A program made the translations under genes and the position numbers. Positions 43,101 through 45,263 of a DNA stretch of 45,263 bases are shown here, piece by piece; positions within the stretch are counted from its first letter, which is position 1, and every line of letters begins with the position of its first letter. The notes beneath the pieces are model-generated. The model did no database searches. It worked only from the letters and a program-made list of their open reading frames with translations, and had not been told where the DNA came from. The stretch is from contig JBFYRA010000030.1 in assembly GCA_041302485.1 (NCBI GenBank), positions 1 through 45,263 of the forward strand, given 5' to 3'. The stretch is from Candidatus Bipolaricaulota bacterium. GTDB taxonomy: Bacteria; Bipolaricaulota; Bipolaricaulia; UBA7950; UBA9294.

Positions 43101-45263
43101 CGTCTGCAAACCTCTCCGGGGCGCCGGCGAGTGACGAGTACGCCGTGAACGGGACGCCGAGACCTGAATGGAAGTCGACGGCGATAAGGTTCGCGTCGGC
43201 GTCGTCCGCGCGGCCAAGGTCCGAGTTCTGCAGCACGTAGGACGCCATCATCGCGATGTCGGTCTGATACCACGGGTCGTCGGGCAGGATGCGCAGACCG
43301 CCGCAGGCCGCTGTCGACGCCGCGTCGACGAGACAGAGCGAGCGTTGCAGAACTGGTGCGAGGACGCTCGCGTCCTCCACTGCGATCCCGAGCAACCTGT
43401 CACGGCCGGAGCCCGCAGAGAGACGGGCGGCGGATTCGTCGCCCGCGTTGTCGAGCTGCAACGCCGCGTCGTCGAGGACACTGCGCGCGAACGCGGCGAG
43501 TCTCTGAAGTGCGAGCGCAGATCGGTCTGCGTCGCCACGTGCGGCCAACTCGCGGAGTGCGCCAACGGCGAGCCCGATGTCGAGCGCCGTGTAGCAGAGC
43601 GGCGTGTCGTCGGCCTCCGGTAGCCGGTAGAGACCGAAGCCCTTCCAGTCATCCCATGCGTGTCGCTCGAGGAAGTCGAACGTTCGCTCCGCCGCCGGCA
43701 TCCGCCCGGCGATGAGAAGCGCGTAGAGGCCGGCGAACTGCGACGCGAGTTCCGTATCGACATTCGCGGTGGGCGAGACCGAGGCGAATCTGCCGTCGAC
43801 GCCCTGGCGGCTCAACAGGAGAGCGATCGCGGCCGCCTGGATCGCGCGAAGGGTGTCGGCCGCGTCGTCACCCGCGCCGAGGGCCGCGTCGGTTGCAAGG
43901 ACGAGGAGTGCGACATCGACCGTTGAGGCGTCGATCCAAGTTCCGTCCGGGGATCCGGGCGATCGCGCGACGATTCGTCCGTCGGCGGCGATGTGGTACG
44001 CGGCCACGGCATCTGCCGCGCGAACGAGCATCGCGCGAGCCCCGGCCTCAAGAGCAGTCGCGAGGCCCAGCTCCGATGCCGGCCAGTCCGGCGCAGTGCT
44101 CCGCAGGAATTCGAGCGTCCTCGCGGCACCCCAGACGAGCGATGCCTGATCGAACAGCACGCTCGCGCTGTCCGAGATTGCGAACTGACCCGGAACGTTG
44201 AGGGCGTGGGCAACGTGCGGGATGTAGGCGGGCCCGTTCGTCGGTCGGACGGTCAGGTCCCTGTCGAGCGCAATGAGTTTGTTGGCCATTGCTTCCGCGA
44301 GGATCCAGCCGACGTAGCGCTCACCGGCGTCAACGGAGGCGATTAGGGTCTCGGCGGCCTGTGCCTGGCGCAACAGGCTCATCCCGAGGCTGCTTGCGAC
44401 CACGTCGCCATCGACGAACGTCCACTCCCCGGTCGGTCCCCACGGGGTGTCCTGGCTTGATCGGAAGACAGGCTCTCCTGCCTCCGCTTCGAGGTAGGTC
44501 CAGCGTCCATCCGGAACCACATCGTCGGCCGTCACTCCGGCGCGCTGTGCCAGAACAGTCAAGCGTTCGGCGAGGGCGGCCTCGTTGGACACGCGCGCTC
44601 TGGCGGCGGCGTCGACGATCCTCGGTCCGTCCGCCAGTTCCACGCCGAGCGAGGACAGGACCTCGACCTGCAGGAGGTTTCCAAGAGCGTACCGGTCGAA
44701 CTCGTCGCGTACGGTACGGGTCCAGATGGGAAGCAGCGTGTCGGGGAAGACGTCGCCCGTGCGCCCGTCGCGGGCGAAGGAGGCGAACTCCGTTGCGGCA
44801 AACATCGCAATGTCGGTCTGGAACCAGACGCGGTCCACGACGGCCGCCGCGCCGAGGCAGGCGCTCGCTTCCAGCGTCTCCGCCGTCTTGCGCAAGACGG
44901 GCGCGTTGATCAAGCCGCCGGCGCCTTCGAGAATCCAGGAGCGCCCGCGAATGGACACCGAAGAGGCGTCGTCGGAGTCCGTGTCTGCCGAGACGGTCGA
45001 TTGCTGATCGGCGGGAATCGGAGTGCCAGCGGCGTCGGTTCCGACGGCGACCATGACGTTGACGTAGTTGCGGCCGTCCACAATGGGCTCCGACACCGTC
45101 GCGTCGAACTGGACGACCGCGCGCTCGCCGCGCTCGAGCGTTGCCTGGAGGTTGAACTCGAGCGACCCCGCGGCGAACCCGGGGTCGGCGGTTGAGAAGA
45201 AGGCGGGAGCGGTGGCGACCGTCGAACCGCGGACATAGGCGAACTGCGGTGGCAGCGTGTCGC
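40186..45263 (-). CDS. Giant (>1690 aa) secreted/surface-type protein, 5' end outside the window: DUF11-like domains alternating with three large alpha-helical repeat modules
   Basis: The frame stays open to the window edge (DTLPPQFAYVRGSTVATAPAFF...QFDATVSEPIVDG...), so the listed GTG at 45096 is internal. Motifs recur three times (see finding). There is an internal DUF11-like domain (LIRYTIEGENPS...LLPEGVTLV...TNCATLAYTD). Confidence 0.8.
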   Translation of the reverse strand, partial: DTLPPQFAYVRGSTVATAPAFFSTADPGFAAGSLEFNLQATLERGERAVVQFDATVSEPIVDGRNYVNVMVAVGTDAAGTPIPADQQSTVSADTDSDDASSVSIRGRSWILEGAGGLINAPVLRKTAETLEASACLGAAAVVDRVWFQTDIAMFAATEFASFARDGRTGDVFPDTLLPIWTRTVRDEFDRYALGNLLQVEVLSSLGVELADGPRIVDAAARARVSNEAALAERLTVLAQRAGVTADDVVPDGRWTYLEAEAGEPVFRSSQDTPWGPTGEWTFVDGDVVASSLGMSLLRQAQAAETLIASVDAGERYVGWILAEAMANKLIALDRDLTVRPTNGPAYIPHVAHALNVPGQFAISDSASVLFDQASLVWGAARTLEFLRSTAPDWPASELGLATALEAGARAMLVRAADAVAAYHIAADGRIVARSPGSPDGTWIDASTVDVALLVLATDAALGAGDDAADTLRAIQAAAIALLLSRQGVDGRFASVSPTANVDTELASQFAGLYALLIAGRMPAAERTFDFLERHAWDDWKGFGLYRLPEADDTPLCYTALDIGLAVGALRELAARGDADRSALALQRLAAFARSVLDDAALQLDNAGDESAARLSAGSGRDRLLGIAVEDASVLAPVLQRSLCLVDAASTAACGGLRILPDDPWYQTDIAMMASYVLQNSDLGRADDADANLIAVDFHSGLGVPFTAYSSLAGAPERFADDVGSTASLEPIVVPFFAGDPHLGTGPDAGLTWNPLTFDTRIVPSAIGMTLLREAQEVRELAARGDADLTPEDRLTARVLAASAISKLSTLEGLVLAGPGETRYVAHAYSAIPEAGDVRMDVIDRTSGLFDQASLLFGLTELVRLARDPAAAGSLAAVAAIPADVEARCASLADVALGTLESAHRRPLEQVLADLAAPDTSGWTPGDSVSARHLGLIMMALERTGETFDDLAERSRILLVEQAAFVNSSLWDGSGGFRETWSVDHDMAAFCETPTLSGQLGALSGLLVADRRAGGGAPGIRSALLAFDARFWDSDAEIYVGRLDHLSWCMTPLDLALAVAVLPQACAYVDPIDAEAIASRLERHVDRVLDAADLQIPARSLDEEGQEQAYAPVFDRRVCIEPRSPLGGLAWTRPGDLIRYTIEGENPSPETFFALVLDDLLPEGVTLVAASPGATSDGRSLRWTSARLDPGSKLTWQIDVRVDPSAELGETLTNCATLAYTDAAGVAGPQREACASVTLGSADGARLGGLENAPLAYRTDEAMRLAAALEDLADRGLLGAVAAEARAASRSNLGVLLGESGLGIPFSLAPVWTTPEQAADTLALLASEAGLPGTPGLALPIFLPAARGVPVLERGTGFVARDAEITPASVGWTLAREAQFLDASGGARDGLDGYLAGFVEIALGGQLAWLNDVAGSSGAATHFVHGVEVRTVDGAAEVAITDARSLIYDQASLLAGLARVVGSRGVSADAVRVATNLAIYVLSDLARHIQVDGATASALDAGSGTARWTDVVVAVGALSDAADNIPRESSLARGLISAVVGPARAAAASLPQEELARINILLIAARSLGDRALQQEGLAAWKAWAATARDRDGRLAFTAAARIGWRLSPAEIALALETLAEVAAADPSLAADAAAGAADLVRSDLLADRVQLWTPLGYWRDHVGLPCFDAAPVFAIRPGPPQSEPIGTLRRP

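Overview
This is a 45,263-nt window from a high-G+C bacterial chromosome. G+C was judged by eye, not computed. I call it bacterial because of an rpsF-ssb-rpsR operon, GGAGG-type Shine-Dalgarno sites and TTGAC-N17-TAnnnT promoters. The taxon cannot be determined from this window. Coding is dense on both strands. I support about 48 CDS and see no rRNA, tRNA, CRISPR array, transposase, integrase, reverse transcriptase or phage gene. Many long ORFs in the six-frame track are antisense or out-of-frame artefacts of the G+C content. Housekeeping content: TldD (5' partial), an EF-G copy outside the str operon, PpnP, a NifU-like protein, an SDR plus an SPT-like alpha-oxoamine synthase, a class II amidotransferase, YchF, hemolysin III, a DMT transporter, CorA, M29 and M20 peptidases, a PPP phosphoesterase, a SHMT-GcvT fusion, S18/SSB/S6, an HD-GYP protein, an ADP-forming acyl-CoA synthetase and AsnRS. 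The parts most worth a second look are these. (1) An ECF-type transporter locus (32.45-38.5 kb) has an S component fused to an extracytoplasmic sulfite-oxidase/YedY-like module. Four more copies of that module sit in two secreted proteins, and an XRE-HTH/TOBE-like regulator lies upstream. (2) Three tandem, protein-identical copies of a 45-aa peptide gene differ only at synonymous sites and lie directly upstream of a multi-TM HD-GYP protein. (3) A LysW-like zinc-ribbon protein with a basic head and a poly-acidic tail ending in Phe is encoded with two peptidases. (4) A 36-bp in-frame tandem repeat duplicates the 3' end of a small membrane-protein gene and alternates TAG/CAG at one position. (5) An orphan promoter, structured RNA and strong intrinsic terminator sit in a 660-nt gap. 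(6) A protein of more than 1,690 aa with three internal repeats, and a beta-rich partner, fill the right end. Motif-level coordinates were counted by hand and may be off by 1-2 nt. All family assignments come from recognising motifs in the translations. No database search was run.
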